Assembly (NCBI GenBank): GCA_964016885.1
Contig: OZ024744.1
Coordinates: 118,172,001-118,236,000 of the forward strand
Reading direction: 5' to 3'
Origin: Eledone cirrhosa
Taxonomy: Eukaryota
DNA: 64,000 nucleotides
Shown: positions 15,001 to 26,900 of the stretch, one piece after another
Position numbering within the stretch: the first letter of the stretch is position 1
Layout of the letters: each line of letters begins with the position of its first letter
Made by a program: the position numbers and the translations under genes
Notes under the pieces: generated by a model
Databases searched by the model: none
Told to the model about the DNA's origin: nothing
The model's input: only the letters and a program-made list of their open reading frames with translations

Positions 15001-18000
15001 ATTGTATGATGTCTGTGTTACAAGGTAGTGTAACATGGATAGTTAATGTAGAGGATGTGTGAAGGGTAGATTGTATGATGTCTGTGTATGTTACATGATA
15101 GAGAGACATGGGTAGTTAATGTAGAGGATGTGTGAAGGGTAGATTGTATGATGTCTGTGTTACATGGTAGTGAGACATGGATAGTTAATGTAGAGGATGT
15201 GTGAAGGGTAGATTGTATGATGTCTGTGTATGTTACATGATAGAGAGACATGGGTAGTTAATGTAGAGGATGTGTGAAGGGTAGATTGTATGATGTCTGT
15301 GTTACATGGTAGTGAGACATGGGTAGTTAATGTAGAGGATGTTTGAAGGGTAGATTGTATGATGTCTATGTTACATGGTAGTGAGACATGGGTAGTTAAT
15401 GTAGAGGATTTGTGAATGGTATATTGTATGATGTCTGTGTATGTTACATGGTAGTGAGACATGGGTAGTTAATATAGAGGATGTGTGAAGGGTAAATTGT
15501 ATGATGTATGTGTTACATGGTAGTGAGACATGGGTAGTTAATGTAGAGGATGTGTGAATGGTAGATTGTATGATGTCTGTGTATGTTACATGGTAGTGAA
15601 ATATGGGTAGTTAATGTAGAGGATGTGTGAGGGGCAGATTGTATGATGTCTATGTTACATGGTAGTGATCCATGGGTAGTTAATGTAGAGGATTTGTGAA
15701 CGGTATATTGTATGATGTCTGTGTATGTAACATGGTAGAGAGGCATGGGTAGGTAATGTAGAGGATGTGTGAAGGGTAGATTTTATGATGTCTATGTATG
15801 TTACATGGTAGTGGGACATGGGTAGTTAATGTAGAGGATGTGTGAAGGGTAGATTGTATGATGTCTGTGTTACATGGTAGTAAGACAAGGGTAGTTAATG
15901 TAGAGGATGTGTGAATGGTAGATTGTATGATGTCTGTGTTACATGGTAGTGTAACATGGGTAGTTAATGTAGAGGATGTGTGAAAGTTAGATTTTATGAT
16001 GTCTGTGTTACATAGTAGTGAGACATGGGTAGTTAATGTAGAGGATGTGTGAAAGGTAGATTTTATGAAGTCTATGTATGTTACATGGTAGAGAGACATG
16101 GGTAGTTAATGTAGAGGATGTGTGAAGGGTAGATTGTATGATGTCTGTGTATGTTACATGGTAGTGAGACATGGGTATTGAATGTAGAGCATGCGTGAAT
16201 GGTATATTGTATGATGTCTGTGTATGTTACATGGTAGTGAGACATGGTTAGTTAATGTAGAGGATATGTGAAGGGTAGATTGTATGATGTCTGTGTTACA
16301 TGGTAGTGAGACATGGGTAGTTAATGTAGAGGATGTGTGAATGGTAGATTGTATGATGTCTGTGTTACAAGGTAGTGTAACATGGATAGTTAATGTAGAG
16401 GATGTGTGAAGGGTAGATTGTATGATGTCTGTGTTACATGGTAGTATAACATGGGCAGTTAATGCAGAGGATGTGTGAAGGGTAGATTGTATGATGTCTG
16501 TGTATGTTACATGGTAGTGAGACATGGGTAGTTAATGTACAGGATGTGTGAAAGGTAGATTTTATGATGTCTGTGTATGTTACATGGTAGTGAGACATTG
16601 ATAGTTAATGTAGAGGATATGTGAAGGGTAGATTGTATGATGTCTGTGTATGTTACATGGTAGTGTGACATGGGTAGTTAATGTAGAGGATGTGTGAGGG
16701 GTAGACTGTATGATGTCTGTGTATGTTACATGGTAGTGTGACATGGGTAGTTAATGTAGAAGATGTGTGAGGGGTAGATTGTATGATGTCTATGTTACAT
16801 GGTAGTGAGACATGGGTAGTTAATGTAGAGGATTTGTGAATGGTATATTGTATGATGTCTGTGTATGTAACATGGTAGAGAGGCATGGGTAGGTAATGTA
16901 GAGGATGTGTGAAGGGTAGATTTTATGATGTCTATGTATGTTACATGGTAGTGGGACATGGGTAGTTAATGTAGAGGATGTGTGAAAGGTAGATTTTATG
17001 ATGTCTGTGTTACATAGTAGTGAGACATGGGTAGTTAATGTAGAGGATGTGTGAAAGGTAGATTTTATGATGTCTGTGTTACATGGTAGTATAACATGGG
17101 TAGTTAATGTAGAGGATGTGTGAAGGGTAGATTGTATGATGTCTGTCTACGTTACATGGGAGTGAGACATGGGTGTTGAATGTAGAGGATGTGTGAAGGC
17201 TAGATCGTATGAGGTCTGTGTTACATGGTAGTGAGACATGGGTAGGTAATGTAGAGGATGTGTGAAGGGTAGATAGTATGAAGTCTATGTATGTTACATG
17301 GTAGAGAGACATGGGTAGTTAATGTAGAGGATGTGTGAAGGGTAGATTGTATGATGTCTGTGTATGTTACATGGTAGTGACCCATGGGTATTGAATGTAC
17401 AGGATGTGTGAAGGGTAGATTGTATGATGTCTGTGATACATGGTAGTGAGCCATGGGTAGTTAATGTAGAGGATGTGTGAAGGGTAGATTGTATGATGTC
17501 TGTGTTACATGGTAGTGGAACATGGGTAGTTAATGTAGAGGATGTGTGAAGGGTAGATTGTATGATGTCTGTGTATGTTACATGGTAGTGAGACATGGGT
17601 AGTTAATATAGAGGATGTGTGAAGGGTAGATTGTATGATGTATGTGTTACATGGTAGTCAGACATGGGTAGTTAATGTAGAGGATGTGTGAATGGTAGAT
17701 TGTATGATGTCTGTGTATGTTACATGATAGAGAGACATGGGTAGTTAATGTAGAGGATGTGTGAAGGGTAGATTGTATGATGTCTGTGTTACATGGTAGT
17801 GAGACATGGGTAGTTAATGTAGAGGATGTTTGAAGGGTAGATTGTATGATGTCTATGTTACATGGTAGTGAGACATGGGTAGTTAATGTAGAGGATTTGT
17901 GAATGGTATATTGTATGATGTCTGTGTGTGTTACATGGTATTGAGACATGGGTAGTTAATATAGAGGATGTGTGAAGGGTAAATTGTATGATGTATGTGT

Positions 18001-20640
18001 TACATGGTAGTGAGACATGGGTAGTTAATGTAGAGGATGTGTGAATGGTAGATTGTATGATGTCTGTGTATGTTACATGGTAGTGAAATATGGGTAGTTA
18101 ATGTAGAGGATGTGTGAGGGGTAGATTGTATGACGTCTATGTTACATGGTAGTGATCCATGGGTAGTTAATGTAGAGGATTTGTGAACGGTATATTGTAT
18201 GATGTCTGTGTATGTAACATGGTAGAGAGGCATGGGTAGGTAATGTAGAGGATGTGTGAAGGGTAGATTTTATGATGTCTATGTATGTTACATGGTAGTG
18301 GGACATGGGTATTGAATGTAGAGGATGTGTGAAGGGTAGATTGTATGATGTCTGTGTTACATGGTAGTAAGACAAGGGTAGTTAATGTAGAGGATGTGTG
18401 AATGGTAGATTGTATGATGTCTGTGTTACATGGTAGTGTAACATGGGTAGTTAATGTAGAGGATGTGTGAAAGTTAGATTTTATGATGTCTGTGTTACAT
18501 AGTAGTGAGACATGGGTAGTTAATGTAGAGGATGTGTGAAAGGTAGATTTTATGAAGTCTATGTATGTTACATGGTAGAGAGACATGGGTAGTTAATGTA
18601 GAGGATGTGTGAAGGGTAGATTGTATGATGTCTGTGTATGTTACATGGTAATGAGACATGGGTATTGAATGTACAGGATGTGTGAAGGGTAGATCGTATG
18701 ATGTCTGTGATACATGGTAGTGAGCCATGGGTAGTTAATGTAGAGGATGTGTGAAAGGTAGATTTTATGATGTCTGTTTATGTTACATGGTAGTGTAACA
18801 TGGGTATTTAATGTAGAGGATCTGTGAAGGGTAGATTGTATGATGTCTGTGTTACATGGTAGTATAACATGGGTAGTTAATGTAGAGGATGTGTGAAGGG
18901 TAGATTGTATGATGTCTGTGTATGTTACATGGTAGTGAGACATGGGTAGTTAATGTACAGGATGTGTGAAAGGTAGATTGTATGATGTCTGTGTATGTTA
19001 CATGGTAGTGTGACATGGGTAGTTAATGTAGAGGATGTGTGAGGGGTAGACTGTATGATGTCTGTGTATGTTACATGGTAGTGAGACATGGGTAGTTAAT
19101 GTAGAGGATGTGTGAAGGGTAGATTGTATGATGTCTGTGTATGTTACATGGTAGTGAGACATGTGTAGTTAATGTAGAGGATGTGTGACGGGTAGATTGT
19201 ATGATGTCTGTGTATGTTACATGGTAGTGAGACATGTGTAGTTAATGTAGAGGATGTGTGAAGGGTAGATTGTATGATGTCTGTGTATTTTACATGGTAG
19301 TGAAATATGGGTAGTTAATGTAGAGGATGTGTGAGGGGTAGATTGTATGATGTCTATGTTACATGGTAGTGATCCATGGGTAGTTAATGTAGAGGATTTG
19401 TGAACGGTATATTGTATGATGTCTGTGTATGTAACATGGTAGAGAGGAATGGGTAGGTAATGTAGAGGATGTGTGAAGGGTAGATTTTATGATGTCTATG
19501 TATGTCACATGGTAGTGGGACATGGGTAGTTAATGTAGAGGATGTGTGAAGGGTAGATTGTATGATGTCTGTGTTACATGGTAGTAAGACAAGGGTAGTT
19601 AATGTAGAGGATGTGTGAATGGTAGATTGTATGATGTCTGTGTTACATGGTAGTGTAACATGGGTAGTTAATGTAGAGGATGTGTGAAAGTTAGATTTTA
19701 TGATGTCTGTGTTACATAGTAGTGAGACATGGGTAGTTAATGTAGAGGATGTGTGAAAGGTAGATTTTATGAAGTCTATGTATGTTACATGGTAGAGAGA
19801 CATGGGTAGTTAATGTAGAGGATGTGTGAAGGGTAGATTGTATGATGTCTGTGTATGTTACATGGTAGTGAGACATGGGTATTGAATGTACAGGATGTGT
19901 GAAGGGTAGATCGTATGATGTCTGTGATACATGGTAGTGAGCCATGGGTAGTTAATGTAGAGGATGTGTGAAGGGTAGATTGTATGATGTCTGTGTATTT
20001 TACATGGTAGTGAGACATGTGTAATTCATGTAGAGGATGTGTGATGGGTAGATTGTATGATGTCTGTGTTACATTGTAGTAAGACAAGGGTAGTTAATGT
20101 AGAGGATGTGTGAAGGGTAGATTGTATGATGTCTGTGTTTGTTACATGGTAGAGAGACATGGGTAGTTAATGTAGAGGATTTGTGAAGGGTAGATTGTAT
20201 GATGTCTGTGTTACATGGTAGTGTAACATGGGTAGTTAATGCAGAGGATGTGTGAAAGGTAGATTTTATGATGTCTGTGTTACATAGTAGTGAGACATGG
20301 GTAGTTAATGTAGAGGATGTGTGAAAGGTAGATTTTATGATGTCTGTGTATGTTACATGGTAGTGTAACATGGGTAGTTAATGTAGAGGATGTGTGAAGG
20401 GTAGATTGTATGATGTCTGTGTATGTTACATAGTAGTGAGACATGGGTAGTTAATGTAGAGGATGTGTGAAGGGTAGATTGTATGATGTCTGTGTATGTT
20501 ACATGGTAGTGAGACATGGGTAGTTAATGTAGAGGATGTGTGAAGGGTAGAGTGTATGATGTCTGTGTATGTTACATGGTAGTGAGACATGGGTAGTTAA
20601 TGTAGAAGATGTGTGAAGGGTAGATTGTATGATGTCTGTG
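1..20640. repeat. Tandem satellite A, 69-bp unit with a 73-bp (+GTAT) variant, roughly 290 copies, runs off the left edge
   Basis: Consensus GAGACATGGGTAGTTAATGTAGAGGATGTGTGAAGGGTAGATTGTATGATGTCTGTGT(ATGT)TACATGGTAGT repeats continuously. Strong G/T strand skew. Blocks of variants recur as higher-order repeats (identical 169-aa pseudo-ORFs at 2051, 4251, 7576, 12399). Confidence 0.99.
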
Positions 20641-21280
20641 AAGGTAGTGTGATATTACATTGTAATGAGAAATGCTCATGGAATATATTGTATGAATGCA
20701 AGATATGGTTTTTCCAATATGTCTTGTCTCAAACTATGAGAAACTGTTGAATAAAACGAGCACAAGAGATTTTGATGTGAAACATACAAACTGAAATTAT
20801 TATGAAAATTCATATATAGTCGTCAAATTGTCAAACAAGTAAAGTTTAGTTATAAGATTTACGAAAAATAACACAAACTTTTCACTTTGTTAAGAATGCG
20901 AGGTAGTTTGTGAGTTGTGTATAATTTAGCGAGGGTTGACCAGGGACGAAGGGTGGAACATTTTAACTATTATGTTATTCAATGTCTGAAAAACTTTTTT
21001 GAATAAATTTTCAAAGTCATGGTAGAAAGTGAAGCTGCTTCCTTTTCTTATTTCAAAAATGTGCTATGAGTAAAAGAAAAACTGTTTAGGGTCGATTGGT
21101 CTGACTGATTTTGGGCAAGGAAAGTAGATGTTAAATGATGTTACACACAATATGTAGTTGAATTGATAATAACCTTAATTTTAACGCTAACTACTCCTAA
21201 CGCTACTGGATATAGATTGACATGATCAACAAGATCTAAGACCTTACTCCTTTACAAGGTTGGGTGGAACTTGTCAAATT

Positions 21281-21835
21281 GAACCAAAGAAACAATATTT
21301 CTATTGGTCTTTCCATTGTTGATACTATCTATCTGTTAGTTACAACTCCTGACAGAAGAAAGGAGCTGATCATCAGATCAGACCAAGGAAACAATGTTTC
21401 TATTGGTCTTTCTATTGTTGATACTGTCTGTCAGTCACAACTCCTGACAGAAGAAAGGTGCTGATCATCAGATCAGACCAAGGAAACAATGTTTCTATTG
21501 GTCTTTCTATTACTGATACTGTCTGTCAGTCACAACACCTGACAGAAGAAAGGAGCTGATCATCAGATCAGACCAAGGAAACAATGTTTCTATAGATCTT
21601 TCTATTGTTGATACTGTCTGTCAGTCACAACTCCTGACAGAAGAAAGGAGCTGATCATCAGATCTGACCAAGGAAACAATGTTTCTATAGATCTTTCTAT
21701 TGTTGATACTGTCTGTCAGTCACAACTCCTGGCAGAAGAAAGGAGCTGATCATCAGATCAGACCAAGGAAACAATGTTTCTATTGGTATTTCTATTACTG
21801 ATACTATCTGTTAGTCACAACTCCTGGCAGACCAA
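21281..21835. repeat. 95-bp minisatellite, about 5.7 copies
   Basis: GACCAAGGAAACAATG recurs at 21381, 21476, 21571, 21666 and 21761 (period 95). The first copy at ~21281 is more diverged. Confidence 0.95.
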
Positions 21836-21849
21836 GTAAACTAAAATAA

Positions 21850-21922
21850 TGTCTTGCTCAAGGACAAACCCATTACCTGGACCAGAAATCCAATTCACTA
21901 ACCACTAAGCCACCCACGTTCA
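21850..21922 (-). mobile_element. Degenerate tRNA-derived SINE fragment
   Basis: TGTCTTGCTCAAGGACA...CTAACCACTAAGCCAC resembles the reverse complement of a CORE-type SINE head recalled from cephalopod genomes; not verified by search. Confidence 0.5.
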
Positions 21923-22254
21923 CAGAGTTAATCTGGTAAATCTGACAAGATGTTTTTATTTTCTTCATTCAAGATTTATTACTAATGATACCTACCTCAG
22001 TGTATTCAGGTATTTTCACTCAGATAAAATAACTATGAATATTTTTCTCGTGTAAGCCCTTTCCATGCCAGTATGGGCTGGACAAGTCTTTTCTCAGGCC
22101 AGATTTTCTACAGCTAGATGACCCTTTCTGATGCCAACCCATACCTTATTCATGGTATGGTATCATTGGTGTTTGTCAAACCACTATTCCGAGGGACTTA
22201 AACAACATGCACCTCAGGCTTCAGTATACAAAAAATCAATACGACAGTTGCAAG

Positions 22255-22420
22255 ACTTCCACACACACATCTGTACACATACACGACTATACACATACAC
22301 ACACAACTGTACACATACACACATGACTGTATACATACACACATGACTGTACACATACACACACACACACCTATACACATACAAACACGACTGTACACAT
22401 ACACATCTCTACACATAATC
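22255..22420. repeat. (CA)n/(TACA)n-rich low-complexity tract
   Basis: Directly visible CACACATACAC-type repeats. Confidence 0.8.
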
Positions 22421-22540
22421 CACTATTACAAGCATATACTGAGGGCTTACGATGTGAGGGTTATTTCTTTCTCCCAGGAAGTCACAGATATCCATGACCT
22501 TCTCCCTTCCTCCCCCTCAAGTAGGAAATCAAAATCTTAC

Positions 22541-23251
22541 CTTGTACATTGGGTGTGATATTTAAAGGATCAGATAATGTGGCGTGTAAAGGCAAATGGC
22601 TTCTTGTAATTTTATTTGTATGTACAGCTTGGACAGTGCCTCCTTGCTCCTCGTGGACATTTGATTTGCTCCGGGTAGCATCAACTTTGGCAAAATTGCC
22701 ATACATATGCACATGAGGATCTGAAGTACTGCTTTCCGAATTTAATCCAGCAGTTAATTGTTCTGAAGATAATTTATCATTCCAACCATTTAAATGGTTG
22801 GAATTTGCAATATTTAAGTGTTGTACTTTTGGTGTTGTTTGAACATCTTCACCAGCAACTCTGTTTGTTGTATACGTGCTGGGTGAAGCTGACAAGTTTT
22901 GAACATCTTCACCAGCAACTCTGTTTGTTGTATACGTGCTGGGTGAAGCTGACAAGTTTTGCCTATTCTGAGAGATACTGTGTGCAAATCGTCTCTCAAG
23001 GAAACTCAACCAATCTCTGAACTGAAACCGTTCATCACTAGTAATGGCAGGATGTATGAGGGAGAAAGAAAGCAACTGTCGGCTCTCTTCTATGTGTACT
23101 CTGTTGTCAATAGAATATGACAAAACTTGAGGAATTATCTGTAAGTAAGCCCGTTTTGCATCAGCATTTCCAGATCGAAGTAATGGTAAATGAGAAAGAA
23201 GCTGTTTGACAGCTGTTTCCTTTGACTGGGAACATAACTGGCTGATGTAAT
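22541..23251 (-). CDS. SAMD4: Internal coding exon of a Smaug/SAMD4 family RNA-binding translational repressor (conserved N-terminal region plus disordered linker)
   Basis: Translation [89 protein letters not shown] aligns by eye with the SAMD4/Smaug motif [23 protein letters not shown]..Y...[30 protein letters not shown]. Minus-strand acceptor ...tttgttttattctatttcag|AT (CAG at 23252-23254) and donor CAAG|gtaag (22540). Length 711 bp, phase 1-1, no stops. Confidence 0.92.
22838..22961. repeat. Perfect 60-bp tandem duplication inside the Smaug exon (QNLSASPSTYTTNRVAGEDV x2)
   Basis: 22838-22897 is identical to 22898-22957, with TTTG microhomology continuing to 22961. Confidence 0.97.
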
Positions 23252-23901
23252 CTGAAATAGAATAAAACAAAAAGTTAGAGATAAAAACGTTGGGGTAATT
23301 AACATGGAAATTAAAATAGAGTTGCAGTGGCATCTTGGTTAACAAACTAACTTTGCATAAAAAATGTTGAGATAGAGAGAGAGACAGTGTGAAAGACAAA
23401 TAGATATCACCATAGTAACTAACTACACATGTAATGCTTTCCTGCCAATACTCCCAGCTTGCCTGTTTCTTACACGAGACACTGTTTATGAACCAAGATG
23501 TTTTATGTTCGGGAAAATGGTTCAAGAACTGAGGTTCCACTGTACCAACAAAAGAGCAAAGTTTATAGAAGACCTGAAAAGGTGACAAATAAAAACATGT
23601 TAACGATAGCAAGGTAAATGTGGAATTAAGGGGTAAAATGGACACATCATCATCATCACTGTAGGAGCAGACAACTACAATCCACTTCTTCCACCTCCAC
23701 ATCTTATACGCATTCAGTTGTGGTCATGTAGGCCTCACCAAACAACTCACGGCTAGGGGCAGCTACTTTTACTTAAACCCAGGTATGATGAGCAATAAAT
23801 TTCACCTGAGATTTGAACTCAAATTCACACAATCACACAAAAGAGATAACTAATACCATATCAATATGGCAATATTGTAATACCTATAGATATTATTGCC
23901 A

Positions 23902-26900
23902 ATGTTAACCCAGTTTAACACCACCTGGTCCTTGGGTGGTAGACTTAATATGTCACCTAGTTTAACACCACCTGGTCCTTGGGTGGTAGACTTATGTCAC
24001 CTAGTTTAACACCACCTGGTCCTTGGGTGGTAGACTTAACATGTCACCCAGTTTAACACCACCTTGTCCTTGGGTGGTAGACTTAACATGTCACCCAGTT
24101 TAACACCACCTTGTCCTTGGGTGGTAGACTTAATATGTCACCCAGTTTAACACCACCTGGTCCTTGGGTGGTAGACTTAATATGTCATCTAGTTTAACAC
24201 CACCTGATCCTTGGGTGGTAGACTTCACATGACACCTAGTTTAACAGCACTTGGTCCTTGGGTGGTAGACTTAATATGTCACCTAGTTTAACACCACCTG
24301 GTGCTTGGGTGGTAGACTTAATGTGTCACCCAGTTTAACACCACCTGATCCTTGGGTGGTAGACTTAATATGTCACCCAGTTTAACACCACCTGGTCCTT
24401 GGGTGGTAGACTTAACATGTCACTTAGTTTAACACCACCTGGTCCTTGGGTGGTAGACTTAATATGTCATCTAGTTTAACACCACCTGGTCCTTGGATGG
24501 TAGACTTAACATGTCACCTAGTTTAACAGCACTTGGTCCTTGGGTGGTAGACTTAATATGTCACCCACTTTAACAACAGCTGGTCCTTGGGTGGTAGACT
24601 TAACATGTCACCTAGTTTAACACCACCTGGTCCTTGGGTGGTAGACTTAATGTCACCCAGTTTAACACCACCTGGTCCTTGGGTGGTAGACTTAATATGT
24701 CACCCAGTTAAACACCACCTGATCCTTGGGTGGTAGACTTAACGTGACACCTAGTTTAACAGCACTTGGTCCTTGGGTGGTAGACTTAATATGTCACCCA
24801 GTTTAACACCAGCTGGTCCTTGGGTAGTAGACTTAATATGTCACCCAGTTTAACACCAGCTGGTCCTTGGGTGGTAGACTTAACATGTCACCTAGTTTAA
24901 CACCACCTGGTCCTTGGGTGGTAGACTTAATATGTCACCCAGTTAAACACCACCTGGTCCTTGGGTGGTAGACTTAACATGACACCTAGTTTAACAGCAC
25001 TTGGTCCTTGGGTGGTAGACTTAATATGTCACCCAGTTTAACACCACCTGGTCCTTGAGTGGTAGACTTAATATGTCACCCAGTTAAACACCACCTGGTC
25101 CTTGGGTTGTAGACTTAATATGTCACCCAGTTTAACACCACCTGGTCCTTGGGTGGTAGACTTAATATGTCACCCAGTTTAACACCACCTGGTCCTTGGG
25201 TAGTATACTTATGTCACCCAGTTAAACACCACCTGGTCCTTGGGTGGTAGACTTAATATGTCACCCAGTTTAACACCACCTGGTCCTTGGGTGGTAGACT
25301 TATGTCACCCAGTTTAACACCACCTGGTCCTTGGGTGGTAGACTTAATATGTCACCCAGTTTAACAGCACTTGGTCCTTGGGTGGTAGACTTAATATGTC
25401 ACCCAGTTTAACACCACCTGGTCCTTGGGTGGTAGACTTAATATGTCACCCAGTTTAACACCAGCTGGTCCTTGGGTGGTAGACTTAATATGTCACCCAG
25501 TTTAACACCACCTGGTCCTTGGGTGGTAGACTTAATATGTCACCCAGTTAAACACCACCTGGTCCTTGGGTGGTAGACTTAACATGACACCTAGTTTAAC
25601 AGCACTTGGTCCTTGGGTGGTAGACTTAATATGTCACCCAGTTTAACACCAGCTGGTCCTTGGGTGGTAGACTTAATATGTCACCCAGTTTAACACCAGC
25701 TGGTCCTTGGGTGGTAGACTTAATATGTCACCTAGTTTAACAGCACTTGGTCCTTGGGTGGTAGACTTAATATGTCACCCAGTTAAACACCACCTGGTCC
25801 TTGGGTGGTTGACTTAATATGTCACCTAGTTTAACACAACCTGGTCCTTGGGTGGTAGACTTATGTCACCCAGTTTAACACCACCTGGTCCTCGGGTGGT
25901 AGACTTAATATGTCACCCAGTTTAACACCACCTGGTCCTTGGGTGGTAGACTTAATATGTCACCTAGTTTAACACCACCTGGTCCTTGGGTGGTAGACTT
26001 ATGTCACCCAGTTTAACACCACCTGGTCCTTGGGTGGTAGACTTAATATGTCACCCAGTTTAACACCACCTGGTCCTTGGGTGGTAGACTTAACATGTCA
26101 CCTAGTTTAACAGCACTTGGTCCTTGGGTGGTAGACTTAACATGTCACCTAGTTTAACACCACCTGGTCCTTGGGTGGTAGACTTAATATGTCATCTAGT
26201 TTAACACCACCTGGTCCTTGGGTGGTAGACTTAATATGTCACCCAGTTTAACACCACCTGGTCCTTGGGTGGTAGACTTAATATGTCATCTAGTTTAACA
26301 CCACCTGGTCCTTGGGTGGTAGACTTAATATGTCACCCAGTTTAACACCACCTGGTCCTTGGGTGGTAGACTTAATATGTCATCTAGTTTAACACCACCT
26401 GGCCCTTGGATGGTAGACTTAATATGTCATCTAGTTTAACACCACCTGGTCCTTGGGTGGTAGACTTAATATGTCACCCAGTTTAACACCAGCTGGTCCT
26501 TGGGTGGTAGACTTAATATGTCACCCAGTTTAACACCAGCTGGTCCTTGGGTGGTAGACTTAATATGTCACCCAGTTTAACACCACCTGGTCCTTGGGTG
26601 GTAGACTTAATATGTCACCCAGTTAAACACCACCTGATCCTTGGGTGGTAGACTTAACGTGACACCTAGTTTAACAGCACTTGGTCCTTGGGTGGTAGAC
26701 TTAATATGTCACCCAGTTTAACACCAGCTGGTCCTTGGGTAGTAGACTTAATATGTCACCCAGTTTAACACCAGCTGGTCCTTGGGTGGTAGACTTAACA
26801 TGTCACCTAGTTTAACACCACCTGGTCCTTGGGTGGTAGACTTAATATGTCACCCAGTTAAACACCACCTGGTCCTTGGGTGGTAGACTTAACATGACAC

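Noticed and set aside
83-20371. Dozens of His/Thr/Ser-rich minus-strand ORFs
   Set aside because: They are translations of the 69/73-bp satellite; frames shift at every 73-bp unit and there is no splice or domain evidence.
1-20640. Telomeric repeat array (G/T-rich strand skew)
   Set aside because: No TTAGGG-type short unit; the monomer is 69-73 bp and lies next to an internal gene exon.
21381-21780. Hammerhead ribozyme in the 95-bp repeat (minus strand has CTGATGA...GAAACATTGTT)
   Set aside because: No stem I pairing flanks the core, and the GAAA is ~40 nt away from the base of the candidate stem II.
22482-23702. The full 406-aa ORF as a single-exon gene
   Set aside because: Only 22541-23251 is bounded by splice signals and Smaug-like; the extensions are intronic read-through.
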